From contig OX597818.1 of NCBI GenBank assembly GCA_951406725.2, forward strand, positions 127,968,001-128,032,000: a stretch of 64,000 bases of DNA, read 5' to 3'. The DNA is from Octopus vulgaris (taxonomy: Eukaryota). The notes under the pieces were generated by a model. That model was not told the origin of the DNA, made no database searches, and was given only the letters and a program-made list of their open reading frames with translations. This document shows positions 37,748 to 50,757 of the stretch, piece after piece; positions within the stretch are counted from its first letter, which is position 1, and every line of letters starts with the position of its first letter. The position numbers and the translations under genes were made by a program.

Positions 37748-39885
37748 CACTGGTCAACAAAATGAAACTTTTTTTAATCATCAGAGTTGACTTTTCTGGG
37801 TTACTTTTTGATGCTGATTACGAATCTGGAGTCCGATTTCCTCTATCAGGTCACATTTTCATGTTAATGATACCCGCTGTTTTCACTTATAGGATACGTA
37901 AAGCAAGTCTTTATAAAGTATATTGAATACGATATACGATAATTTCATGGCTTTTTATTGTACAAAATTAAAATTATTGTGTACAAATAAGTTAGAATAC
38001 ACTAAAATGCATAACAACTTAAAATCTTTGGGATTTGGACTTTCTATGGTGTTTTGTATCAGGTTCATCCCTGTATAACATCCAACAGTAGTCAGCTAAT
38101 ATTCCTGCATTCCAAAACCTTTGATATCGTTATTCTATCGATGCAATATCTTGAGGAAAGCATTCCCCTTGCTCATCAGACACTGCTCAAAGGTTCTCTG
38201 CAAAAAAGTCCAGATGTGAATCAAGGAAATGGACTTTTAGTGACATTCAACAGTCCATTGCAGCATAGGAGTCTAGAAGACATTCACTCCATTTTTGAAT
38301 TCTAGAGATCTCTTGTTGCCTGAGAAATTTTCACAGAGCCATTTGAAGGATTCCCAGGCTTTAAGCTCAATCTCATCCAGTGCTGTGAGGAAGTGGTTGT
38401 CCTTCAGGAGTTCTTTTACCTGCAGATCTATGAATATGCCCTCCTTCAGTTTTGCCTCAGTGATTTTTGGAAATTTGGCCTTCACATATTCAAAATCTTT
38501 TGAGCTTTTCCTGGCAAGTGTCTTCACGAATTGTTTCATGAGGCCAAGCTTTATGTGAAGAGAGGGAAGAAGAACATTTTCTGGGTTTTAAAGTGGCTTA
38601 CTCTGGACGCTAGAAACTGCTGGCTCATGTGATTTTCGCAAAGGCCACTCTGATTGCACATAGTGCTTGTTAGTTGCACGACTGTCCTATAGGCATAAAA
38701 TACAACAATATTTGGTGAACCCAGATTACATTCCCATCAACATTCCAATCACCTTCAAGTCTCCACATATTTTCCAGCTGTAGTTTGTATACTTTATAGC
38801 ATTGAGGAGTACTTGCATGTTTTCATAACACTCCTTCACGTACACTGAATGTCCTATGGGAATGGATGGTTTCTTATTGCCGTTGTGTAGTAGTACTGCC
38901 TTGAGGCTTCTCTTAAATGAATCAATGAATAAGCGCCATTCGGCTGGAACATGCTCTTGGAACAAACAGCGAAATAACTCATCAGTGTTATTACTGAAAC
39001 AAAGTGGTCCATCAACAGAGAAGCATGAAGTCAGACCCCTATTTCTCTTCCTGAAATGAGTAATACAAACATCTTTCTTAAGCAGACACTTTTCTTGTAG
39101 TCTAATAGTTCATCTTTATCCTTCGACAATGACAAGTCTCTCCCTAAATCATTTAACCCTCCTTGAGAAAATTTCTGTGGTACGTTTTCATTTTCAATCA
39201 GGAAATCTGCACCCACTTCGGTGTCTTCGACAGCAGTAATATTTTCTTCAGGAAATACATCTTCGTCAGACATCTGAAGGCCATTTTCTGGTGGTTTTGG
39301 AATAGGAAGATCATCATCGTTGTGTGGTACTGGTCTTCTTGCTGATTCCAAGTTGGGATACACAATCTTATGCTTGGTTTTTACAGTAAATCCACATACA
39401 TTAATGTTGCAGAAATAACAGTCAATGAAATGATCCTTTGGCTCTCTCCATATCATAGGTATTGCAAACAGCATTGCTCTCTTCCTCTAATTTAGCCAAT
39501 CCCTTAGTCCATTGGAACAACCTGAGCAGATGATGTGCAGGGCCCAACTCTTATCTTGTTCCCCGAGAGAGCATCCAAAATATAAATTTTAGATCTTTTT
39601 GATTTCACTTGTGATGGCACATTGCTGAGCTTTGGTGGTAAATGAATCACAGACATGACAAAATATATCAGGATTGTTCTTGCAATGCCCTGACATAGTC
39701 AGAATTTACCTGTATAAGACATTTATGTGTAGCGATACTGCTGATGGGAGTTATATACCTCTCTTATCTCATCAGAAAAACTGTGCCTCATAGAAGGAAA
39801 CCAATTACATTTTTGAAATCTGCGGACAAAACTACATATAAAACACCATATAATATCCCTGATGAAAATTGGCTGTTGACCAGTA
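37748..39885 (-). mobile_element. Full-length Chapaev3-type (CMC superfamily) DNA transposon, inactivated
   Basis: TIR CACTGGTCAACA / TGTTGACCAGT(A), 3-bp TSD TTA. Broken ORF 39696-38019 has CHVC..DKSWALHIICSGC..WREPKDHFIDCYFC, WRLFIDS..SLKAVLLHNGN, ICGDLKV, LHIKLGLMKQFVK, SDEQGE and ADYCWML. Confidence 0.85.
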
Positions 39886-39892
39886 TTATTAA

Positions 39893-40112
39893 CCCTTTCA
39901 TTACTGTATTTATTTTGAGATGCTCTGTGTTTCTTTCAATTATTTTAAATATAACAAAGAATTTAGTAAAATAACTTAGTTATCATCAAGCTAGTGTTAG
40001 GAACATAAATTGTGACTAAGGTTTGGTGGAAGGTTTTAACTCAAAACTTATGAAAACAAGACATTTTACGACAGAGCCAGAGCCAGTTTTGGCCGGGCTA
40101 GTAACAAAAGGG
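39893..40112. mobile_element. piggyBac-type MITE (220 bp)
   Basis: TTAA TSD on both sides, TIR CCCTTTCATTACT / AGTAACAAAAGGG. Confidence 0.85.
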
Positions 40113-41105
40113 TTAATCTATTTTTCAATAGCTTACTCAGTGGAGGAAAGCTGTCTGCATGACTCTTTTATGAAGTCTCTTACAACAGAACACACTCTTA
40201 AAAAACACCCAAAGGCTAGATGGCAGTGTTAAAGTGGGAGATATGTTGACCTAAGAACAGAAATGGGCTTCCATACAGTTTTCATCTAACTTTGACTGAC
40301 CTAAAGTTATAGCAGAATCCAGTGAGCAAAACCTTTCCTGAATCCCTACACAAGGGGATTAGACCTGAAACTATATTGCTGTGGAGCAAACTAAGTAACA
40401 CAGCCCAGCCATGTTTGTACTATTCTAAACATAACACAGTTAAAATCACAAAACCATTTCACAAAGCACTCTTAGTTACCTAAGAAAACATTTTTCTTGT
40501 GTTGTATTTCATTTTCCTGCTTAAAAACTGATGCAGAACTGAATTAATCTCTGCTGTCTTCCATGTTGAGTTTCCTGTTGTTTAACTGAACAATCTACTC
40601 ATTGAATTAGTGACTGAATTACATAAAGACACACTTATCCTTAATGCAATTCTCAGACAGAATTAATGTGATACAGTATGACAAGCCTTTTAATTGCAAA
40701 TGCAATTAACAAGTTATCCTATATTTTGTCTGCCAATTTCAGTCACAAGGTTTGGGTCAACCCAACTCTGGTACATAACTTTTGCCCTATATGTCACACA
40801 GTTGCATCAAACCTGACACTTTATGCTTTTGAAGCAAACAACTTTACCATTTGGCTTTTGCTGCATCTACAATATGTAATTAAATTTTGCATTAAAAAAG
40901 ACAAGAACAGGTGTAAATGAATAGATGACTAAAAATAGACTGAAAAGTGTAAGAGAAAATAGAGGGAGAAATGAAATAAATCGACAATGAAAATGGCTGT
41001 AGTTCACATTAGAGTAACGGAAAAGAAAAACAGATGTGTTTGACATATTTCTTATACATACACAAACAAGCATACATATGTGATATATACACTTATACGC
41101 ACAAC

Positions 41106-41363
41106 CAGGGCCAGATTAAGACCCAGAGAGATCCTAAGCACTTTAAAGATTTTGGTACTCCCGTATATTTGCAATTCAAAATATGTAAAAAATAAACCAT
41201 GAAATAGATTTTTTCCATTCGTATAAACCACTTCAAATATCATTTTAGCAAGTTCTAAGTGATTTCTTTTGTGCTGTAAACCATCTACCATTTCTCTGGT
41301 GACTCCATTTCCCTTGATGCCCTAAGAACATGCTTATTTTTCTTCATAGTTAATCTAGCACAG
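41106..41363. mobile_element. hAT-like MITE
   Basis: TIR CAGGGCCAGATTAA / TTAATCTAGCACAG, 8-bp TSD (C/T)GCACAAC. Confidence 0.7.
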
Positions 41364-41421
41364 TGCACAACACACATACACACAAGCAGCATTGGGAAAA
41401 AGTAAAATATTGAAGAGATTA

Positions 41422-41827
41422 GCGCAGGAGTGGCTGTGTGGTAAGTAGCTTGTTTACCAACCACATGGTACCGGGTTCAGTTCCACTGTGTGGCACCTTG
41501 GGCAAGTGTATTCTACTATAGCCCCAGGCCGACCAATGCCTTGTGAGTGGATTTGGTAGACGGAAACTGAAAGAAGCCTGTCGTATATATGTATATATAT
41601 ATGTATGTGTATGTGTATTTGTGTGTCTGTGTTTGTCCCCCTAGCATTGCTTGACAACCGATGCTGGTGTGTTTATATTCCCGTAACTTAGCGGTTCGGC
41701 AAAAGAGACCGATAAAATAAGTACTGGGCTTACAAAGAATAAGTCCCGGGGTGGATTTGCTCGACTAAAGGCGGTGCTCCAGCATGGCCGCAGTCAAATG
41801 ACTGAAACAAGTAAAAGAGTAAAGAGA
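41422..41827 (+). mobile_element. tRNA-derived SINE, full length
   Basis: Same family as 33919-34339, flanked by aagagatta. Confidence 0.85.
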
Positions 41828-42949
41828 TTAACATATAAAATAGTAGTATATGTACACAAAAGCATTACAACATTTGCAGGTTAACATATAATGGCTGTCA
41901 GATTAAGATGCTATGGTTGCTTTGAAATTGCATGGTTTCAGATTCAGTCCCACTTTACAAGTCTTCTTCAACAAAGCGTCTTATTCAAGAACCTCAGGTT
42001 GATTAGAACCTTGTGAGTGAAATTTGCTTGATAGAAATTGAGTGGAAATCTATTGAAAAGGATTTTTCAAGTTCTCAGTTGGTAGATTTAATCTATCACC
42101 TAGTTGAACACCACCATTTGACACTTAGGTACTTTTAATGAAGTTCACTCTGTTGAAAACATTCAAGCCTGGTTACCAGTTTGACGATTCTTTTTTCTCT
42201 TCATCCACCCAAACTGATACATCTTTGTCATTCAATGACGAGGATTCTGTTGTTTGATCAATTAAATGACCTGCTCCTGAATTAATGTGCTAACGTCTGA
42301 ACATTTTACAGGCACATATATTCTTCATGTAATACTCAGGCATAATCAGCATGACACAATGTATGACAAGATTGTACCTTTTGAATTTACGTATATATGG
42401 CTCAGTGGTTAGAGCATCAGGCTCACAATCATGAGGTACTGAGTTCGATTCCCAGACTGGCATTTGTGTTGTGTTCTTGAACAGGACACTTTATTTCATG
42501 TTACTCCAGTTCACTCAGCTATAGAAATGAGTTGCGATGTCACTGGTGCCAAGCTGTATAGGCCTTTGCCTTTCTGTTGGATAACATCAGTCACATGGAG
42601 AGGAGAGGCTGGTATGCATGGGCAACTGCTAGTCTTCCGTAAACAACCTTGCTTGGACTTGTGCCTTGGAGGGTAACTTTTTAAGTGCAATCCTATGGTC
42701 ATTCATGACTGAAGGGGGTCTTTTATAATCTATAATACAGTTTTTATCAAACTTCTTTCTCTCACAAGGTAAGGTTAATCTAAGCCTATAGAAACTGAGA
42801 TTTGCCTCAGATGCCATGCAATGGGATTCACACGCACATCTTCAAGGTTACCAAGTGAACTGTTTTAACATTCTATACTTACCACCTTAACCACACTATG
42901 CCTACCACCCCAATTATGACATTTATAACTTATACACACGCACACCTAC

Positions 42950-43063
42950 CAAAGCAGTTATTCTTTCATTGGTTAGGGGCAATGCACATGACCTTTGTAG
43001 ATTATCCAAGACTAATGGTGTGGATGCTGTTAACACTCCTCTTGAACACTTGCTAGTCAATGG
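42950..43063 (-). CDS. Candidate internal exon (114 nt, phase 0-0) of an unidentified gene
   Basis: Long pyrimidine tract plus ctgcag acceptor, TTG|gtaggt donor. Only the phase-0 frame is open: PLTSKCSRGVLTASTPLVLDNLQRSCALPLTNERITAL. Lies in non-repetitive sequence. Confidence 0.5.
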
Positions 43064-43151
43064 CTGCAGGAAAGTTATAAATAGAGAGAAAAATCCAGAG
43101 GGAAGACATTCTTCTAGAAGTCTCAATATACCAGAATAATGTATTGAGGAA

Positions 43152-44598
43152 CATCATCATCATCATCATCGTTCAAAAGTCCGCTTTCCATGCTAGCATG
43201 GGTTGGACAATTTGACTGAGGACTAGTGAACCAGATGGCTGCACCAGGCTCCAATCTTGATCTGGCAGAGTTTCTACAGCTGGATGCCCTTCCTAACACC
43301 AACCACTCCGAGAGTGTAGTGGGTGCTTTTACATGCCACCGGCATGAGAGCCAGTCAAGCGGTACTGGCAACGGCCACTCTCAAATGGTGTTTTTTACGT
43401 TCCACCTGCACAGGAGCCAGTCCAGCGGCACTGGCAACGACCTCACTCGAATGTTTTTTCACATGCCAGTAAAGCAACGCTGGTAATGATCACACTTGAA
43501 TGGTGCTTTTTATGTGCCGCTGGCACGGAAGCCAAGTTAGCCGTTCTGGCAATGATCTCACTCGGATGGTGCTCTTAGCGCTCCACTAGCACGGATGCCA
43601 GTCATTGAATTTGATTTCGATTTCAATTTCACTTGCCTCAACAGGTCTTTGCAAGCAGAGTTTAATGTCTAATGAAGGAAAGATATGCATAAGTGGGCTG
43701 GTTATACCCCTGGCATAGGCCACAAGGTTATGGTCTCATTTGACTTACCGGGTCTTCTCAAGCACGGCATATTTCCAAAAGTCTCGGTCACTAGTCATTG
43801 CCTTAGTGAGGCCCAATGTTTGAAGGTCGTGCTTCACCACTTCATCCCAGGTCTTCCTGGGTGTACCTCTTCCACAGGTTCCCTCAACCGCTAGGGTGTG
43901 GCACTTTTTCACACAGCTATCCTCATCCAATCTCGCCACATGACCATACTAGCACAGTTGTCACTCTTGCATGCTACATCTGATGCTTCTTAGGTCCAAC
44001 TTTTCTCTCAAGGTACTTACACTCTGTCGAGTATGCACACTGACATTATACATCCATCAGATTATACTGGCTTCATTGCTTGTGAGCTTACGCATGTCCT
44101 CAGCAGTCACAGCCCATGTTTCACTTCCATGTAGCATGGCTGTTTGTACACATGCATCATACAGTCTACTTTTTACTCTGACCGAGAGGCCCTTTGTCAC
44201 CAGCAGATGTAAGAGCTCTCTGAACTTTGCCCAGGCTATTCTTATTCTAGCAGCTACACTTTCAGAGCACCTTCCCCCCGCTACTGACTTGGTCACCTAC
44301 GTAACGGAAGCTATCAACTACTTCTAGTTTTTCTCCCTGGAATGTGGCGGAAGTTGTTCTCTGCACATTTTCGGTGTTTATTGCTCCTGAGCATCTACCA
44401 CAAACAAAACCTATCTTCCCAGTTAGCCTTTCTTTGATATTGCTGCACCTCTAATGTGTCCAGAGCTTACACTGGGTGCATCTTATAGAGTTTCTACTTA
44501 CGCCTTTTCTACAGATCATGCAGGGCCATCTACCTGAAGGGATTTGTGGTTTGCCTGCCTTCCTACTTATTAGGACTTTGGTTTTAGCTAGGTTAGGG
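43152..44598 (-). mobile_element. RTE-clade LINE 3' part (RT C-terminus with PHD-finger insertion plus 3' UTR)
   Basis: NLAKTKVL - C4HC3 finger - F.YVG - ARIRIAWAKFREL - VKSRLYDACVQTAMLHGSETWA - GRGTPRKTWDEVVK, then a (GAT)n tail. Confidence 0.9.
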
Positions 44599-44814
44599 TT
44601 AGAGTTAGCTGTTTCTGCTAAGAGGTCACAGTACCCCACATGTTATTTCCATCTTTTCAGTGTACTGTAGTGATCGGTAGATATAACCAACACTTGTGTA
44701 TTAATAATTGGGTATTCTACCAGCAGTATATTGGATAGATACTATCCTTTAGTTGATTGGATTCACAACCTCTAACTCTCTTTGAATTATATATATATAT
44801 ATTTATACATATCA

Positions 44815-44849
<35 letters not shown>

Positions 44850-44850
<1 letters not shown>

Positions 44851-45055
44851 AGGTTAATCCAAACGGGAAAACAGAAAAAACAACAACACGTGGAACAATT
44901 ACAGTATTATTATTATTAGGCGCTCAGGAAAATGGAAGAAGGAGGGTATGATGTTTCGAGCGGAGCTCTTCGTCGGAAACATAGGAGAAAGAAAGATCCC
45001 GAGACGGGAGGACAGAGGAAAAAAAATTGCAGGTAGTCTTCACGAGGTCACATAC
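44850..45055 (-). mobile_element. Penelope-like pLTR fragment with minimal hammerhead-like motif
   Basis: Minus strand reads ttcCGACGAagagctccgctcGAAACatc at 44953-44976, in a short CpG-containing block between (TA)n tracts. Confidence 0.55.
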
Positions 45056-45601
45056 TAATATATATATATGAGAGAGATAAGTAAACTTTTTTATTTAAGA
45101 AATATTATTGTACTCTATATAATTATTGATTGTTAAATATGAATTTATAATTTTAATTTGTTAATGATAATTTAGACATATACATTTATTTAATTATTAT
45201 TAGTTTATAATTATTAAATTTTAAGATATTAGTTAATCGCTTTGCGATCTAGATCATAAAAATGCTTTAAATTTAACTATAAGTTTCTTATTGTATTTCT
45301 AGTCATTATATATTTCTAGTACTATTAAATTTAATAATAATAGTAATAATAAGTATTTTATAAAGATGGGTTATACGTTTTTAATCAGGAATTTTTCAAT
45401 TCTTAATTTGTATTTCATAAATATTTTCTAAAGATATCTATAATATTTATGTAAGTAATAATGGACTAATTTATTTATTGGTTTATACTTATATGTTTAC
45501 TGGTAGAAAAAATATAGATTTTTAATTACTATATTTGTTGGTTATAATTTAGATAATTATTTTTATGTATTTATTATTTTATAATTATTATATGCGGACT
45601 A

Positions 45602-45682
45602 AAACAGACAGATAGATAGATAGATAGACAGAGAGATAGATAAGATAGATAGATAGATATAGAAAGATAGACACAGATAAAC

Positions 45683-45722
<40 letters not shown>

Positions 45723-45790
45723 TGATAGATATAGAAAGATAGACACAGATAAGCAGATAGATAGATAGATAGATAGACAGATATATAAGT
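45602..45790. repeat. (GATA)n microsatellite
   Basis: Direct reading. Confidence 0.95.
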
Positions 45791-47387
45791 GTCTGATTAT
45801 ATGTGTACTTATTTATACCTATAGATATAAACAGATTTAAATATAGATGTGTGTGTGTGTGTGATTGTCATCATTCTAAAATTAGTTTTTAGTCTGCCAT
45901 GGGGTGAATTTATCTCTTAGCTTCTCAAAGCACATGCACAATCTTTGCTATCTGTGTGTATGTATGTCATGTTATTGTATTTTCGCATGCTATTTGTGGC
46001 TAGATGTCCTTCCTGTCCGAGTACTGGAGATGTTATCTCTGACAAGACTAAAAAGTCCTATGTCCTACATTGTCTCTTTTCTTTCTTTCCTATTTATAGA
46101 ACATACACTATAATATCTCAACTCATCTCTCTTGCCCTTTCTCTAACTTTCTCCCTCTCTTTCTTTCTTTCTCTCTCTCTCTCGTTCTCTCTTTCTCTTT
46201 CATGACCTAGCATGAGGGTTTGTTTTCAGTTGTGTGAAGTTAATTAGTCATTAATCACTGTATTTATCAGTAACATATACATTAGTATAATATTAGTCAG
46301 TAACTACTTGTGAAGTTGAAATGAGCAGCCTAGTGGTAAGTGGGTTGGACTTATGATCACAAGATTGTGGTTTCAATTCCTGAACCAGGCAAGATGTTGT
46401 GTTCTTGAGCAAAACACTTCATTTCACATTGCTCCAGTCCACTCAGTGGGCAAAAATGAGTAATCCTGGGACAGACCGGCATTACATCGAGTGGGTAAAT
46501 ATATGAATATGCCACAGGAACTAGAAAACTGGCCCTTATGAGTCCATAGGGATCAAGAAGGATACCTTATCCATATCTGCTCTCTACTGAGCCACATTTG
46601 ACAAATGCATCTGATCAGTTGTGTGGATCCCTATTACGACAAATATGACCATTTACCCCACCTTTCTTCCTCTATTATGCTAAGTATGGCCTTGATTACT
46701 CCAATTATCCCAACTAAATTGACAATGTCTGACAGAAATGGAGCCACATGTACTTGACATATACTTAATTTTATCAATCCTGGAGGAATGAAGTAAGGTG
46801 TCTGGTTCAGTAGTTAGAGCATTCGGCTCACAAAATTGAAATAGTGAGCACCTTCTTGAAAAATTTCTAGTCAAATGAATCAACTCCAGTACTTATATTT
46901 TGTTAAGCTTGGTATTTATTCTACCAGTCACTTTTTGCCAAACCACCAAGTTGGGGACATAAGCACACCAACACCAGTTGTCAAGTGGTGGTGGTGGTGG
47001 TGGGGCACACAAATACAGACACAAAGACTCACACACATAGGTTTAAAACTATTGAAAAGGTTGCAAGATGCAAAGAAAATTTTAGAAAAATAAAAAAGAA
47101 ATAAGTGGAAATTTTACCGGTGAGTGTGTTAAATTATAAAGCACTAAAAGAAAATTACTCTCTCCAGACAACAGAATATGTATGTGTGTATATATATATA
47201 TATACACACAACAGTCTTCTTTCAGTTTCTGTTTACCAAATCCACTCGCAAGGCTTTAGTTGGTTTGAGGCTATTGTACAAGACACTTGCCCAAAGTGCT
47301 ATGCAGTGGAACTGAATCCAGAACCATGTGGTTGGGAAGCAAGTTTCTTACCACACAGCCACAGCCACACACATACGGGTGTGTCTA

Positions 47388-47418
<31 letters not shown>

Positions 47419-47420
47419 GT

Positions 47421-47723
47421 GGAGGTGCAATGGCCCAGTGGTTAGGGCAGTGGACTCGCGGTCTTAGGATAGCAGTTTCGATTCCCAGACCGGGCGTTGT
47501 GAGTTTTTATTGAGCGAAAACACCTAAAGCTCCACGAGGTTCCTGTAGGGGGGAGGGGGCGATCCCTGTTGTACTCTTTAGCCACAAATTTCTCCCACTC
47601 TTTCTTCTGTTGGCCTGCTCGCTTAGCCAGCGGGGTGGCGTCATTTGAAGGCTAAAGCAATGTGAAGCGCATCGTGACCAGCGATGTGTAGCAACATCTG
47701 ATAGCCTGGTCTGTCATGGTGAT
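47421..47723 (+). mobile_element. tRNA-derived SINE
   Basis: Same family as 14205-14518. Confidence 0.85.
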
Positions 47724-48134
47724 ATATATACATACATATAAATGATAGGAAATGATATGATCTTGAAACATTGAGCTTCATAATGAGTTACATAGAACTG
47801 AGATGCATAAAAAGATGCTGTATTGCAAAATTGCTCGTGCTATGTTGACAGATTAAAAGCGATATTAAAAAGGCCCATTTCCCACTCTCCCTTTACACTC
47901 TTGTGAACTTACCTACCCACTCACCCTGTCCAATCCTCTGTACCACTCCACTTCACTTAACATTCATCTTCTACTGCAAGACATTTGTTTCTGTCCTTCT
48001 ATCATACTTTAACCTCTCATACCTGCGAAAAGGTAAAATTTAAGACGATGTTTTTAAAAAGTTTTTGAAATTGTTGCCAAACTTTTCCTGTATAATTCTT
48101 CATAATGAATAAATCAGCAGCTTTCGATTTAGTT

Positions 48135-48456
48135 CGTCCATCCATATAACATTCTTTTTTTTTTTTTTTTTTGCATCTCCTATGTAAGAACAAATTATGG
48201 TATGCATTTCATCAGCAGCAGAAGTAATTATCGGTGGCAGTGGTCGTGGCTGGGGTGGGGTGTTGGGAGCAGAGATTCAGCAGGTTGTTTCTGTGGTTTA
48301 TTTAAACAACCTGCTGAATCTCTGGTCCCAACACCCCACCCCAGCCACGACCACTGCCACCGATAATTACTTCTGCTGCTGATGAAATGCGTACCACAAT
48401 TCCATTTGTTCTTACATAGGAGATGCAAAAAAAAAAAAATGTTATATGGATGGATG
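48135..48456. repeat. Near-perfect foldback hairpin (~155-bp arms, 13-nt loop)
   Basis: ...gattcagcaggttgttt [ctgtggtttattt] aaacaacctgctgaatc... The arms extend out to poly-T/poly-A and ccatccatataacatt. Confidence 0.95.
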
Positions 48457-48999
48457 TTATATGACGGACCCTCCCATTGAAGACGACGTATGAGTGTTCA
48501 GCTTTAGCTAAACTACCTGCACAAAGGATTTGTTTGTAGTGATCAAATGCATGTGCAGTACATTATCTCAGTCCTTCTATCAAATTGACATTGGCTAAAC
48601 AGGTGCATGGTGTATCATGTGTCAGGTGTCAAAGTGATCGCAGAGCAGCTTGAGATGAAGTGTCTTGCTCAAGAACACAATGTACCTTGTGATCATGAGT
48701 GCAACACCCTAAGCAGCAGGCCATGCACCCTCACAATAATAATAATAATAATGATAATAATAATAATGATAATAATAATCCTTTCTACTAAAGGTACAAG
48801 GCCTGAAATTTAGAGGGTGGGGGGGGCACTTGTTGATTACATCAACCCCAGTGTTTTACTGGTACTTAATTTTATCAGCCCTGAAAGGATGAAAAGCAAA
48901 GTCAACCTTAGCAGAAGTTGAACTCAGAACATAGCAACCGATGAAAGAGTGTTAAGCATTTTGCCCAGCATGCTAATGATTCTGCCAGCTCACCGCCTT

Positions 49000-49220
<221 letters not shown>

Positions 49221-49642
49221 ATGTTGTTGGTTTTGTTGTTGTATGTGTCAATGTGATATAAGATTTAAATTTCTTTTGATTTTTGATTTTGACACAAATC
49301 AGGCATTACATCCAGGCTAAACTTTTTTTCTAATGATTTGCCTGCAAATGTTTTTTGTTTTATTAATGTGTTCATTAATTAAACCTGTTCATATATTTGT
49401 ACATACATGCATCCATTCACATACACACATAGATATATATTCTTTATATACGTACACATTTATTAATGCCTCTATTTTTATGCATAGTTTTATCCATAAC
49501 TGGTATATACTAATCAAAGTTTCATTCAAAACCATTTACTAGCATATCATATTTTGCTTTTTAAAAGAGAAAAGGTTGAGATACTTTGAAGTTCCTGTCA
49601 ACCTTTTTCTCACAAAACTAATATGGCTTGATAAGAGATGAA

Positions 49643-50579
49643 TATATTAATGACATAGATGCCAATTTAAAGAATGCCACAGTATTGAAATATGCAGACG
49701 ACATCAAGCTGTACCTTGAAATCAAGAGGACTGATCCTGATGTCTACAACTCTTTCCTGCAATCAGACCTAGACACAATGCAGCAATGGATCACAGACTG
49801 GCAACTGAAACTGGCTGTGGACAAGTGTACCACTATGCATTTTGGGAGAAAAAACCCTGCGTCCACATACTCCCTCCACAACACTGATATCAAGAAATCC
49901 TCTTGCGAGCGTGACCTAGGCATCACTGTCAGCAGTGATTTGCGTTGGACAAAGCATATCTCTAAAATTGTCAAGAAGGCCGAGGGTGTCTTGGCATCAC
50001 TCAGCAAGACTTTTGTTAGCCGCTCTCCAGCCATCTATTTAAAACTGTATACAGCTATGGTACGACCACACTTGGAATTCGCATCATCAGTTTGGAATCC
50101 CTATCTTGCTCAGAACATTGACCTCCTGGAATCTGTCCAGAGACGTGCAACCAAACGCATACCCTCCATCAGACACCTACCATATTCTGAGCGCCTTGTT
50201 TCCCTGGGCATGGATTCACTGAAGCTCCGGCGTCTGGCGACGGACTTGGTGAACACCCACAAGGTTATCAACCACCTCACCAACAACAACACTGAACACC
50301 TTTTTGATCTCCATGTGTCTAACACACGTGGACATGCCTACAAAGTCAGAAAACAGCACAGCTCCCATGACTTTCAGAAACATTTTTTCACGCTCAGGGT
50401 TGCTGAAGCGTGGAATAAACTGCCTGCATCAGTTGTTGACTGCCATGACACTGCATCCTTTAAGGCCCTCATGCTTCCGAAATCCGTCGAAACTACACCT
50501 GATTATATATACACTTTAGATGAGTTGTAGTGCACCTGAGCACTGTACACAATTATTATTATTATTATTATTATTATTA
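49643..50579 (+). mobile_element. 5'-truncated CR1-group LINE, RT C-terminal half, (ATT)n tail
   Basis: YINDI...KYADDIKLY...LQSDLD..QQW..DWQL...ERDLGITVSSDLRW...LYTAMVRPHLEFASSVWNP...LESVQRRATK...TRGH...FFTLRVAEAWNKLP. Open for about 290 codons. Confidence 0.92.
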
Positions 50580-50757
50580 GTATATATGTATATATGAACA
50601 TGTAGAGAGTTGGGCAATACACATATGGGTTTCAGTCAGTAGTTGGGTTTCCTTCTCAGAAAACAGCCAAAAATGGCTACATTCCTTTGTGCTGTCTATC
50701 ATTTTTATAGGCCAATATATATAGGTGTATGTGTGTTTGTGTTCATATTTATATAAT

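Noticed and set aside
47421-47495. tRNA genes (also at 14445-14518, 33919 and 56840)
   Set aside because: The A/B boxes continue into shared SINE bodies and tails, so these are tRNA-derived SINE heads.
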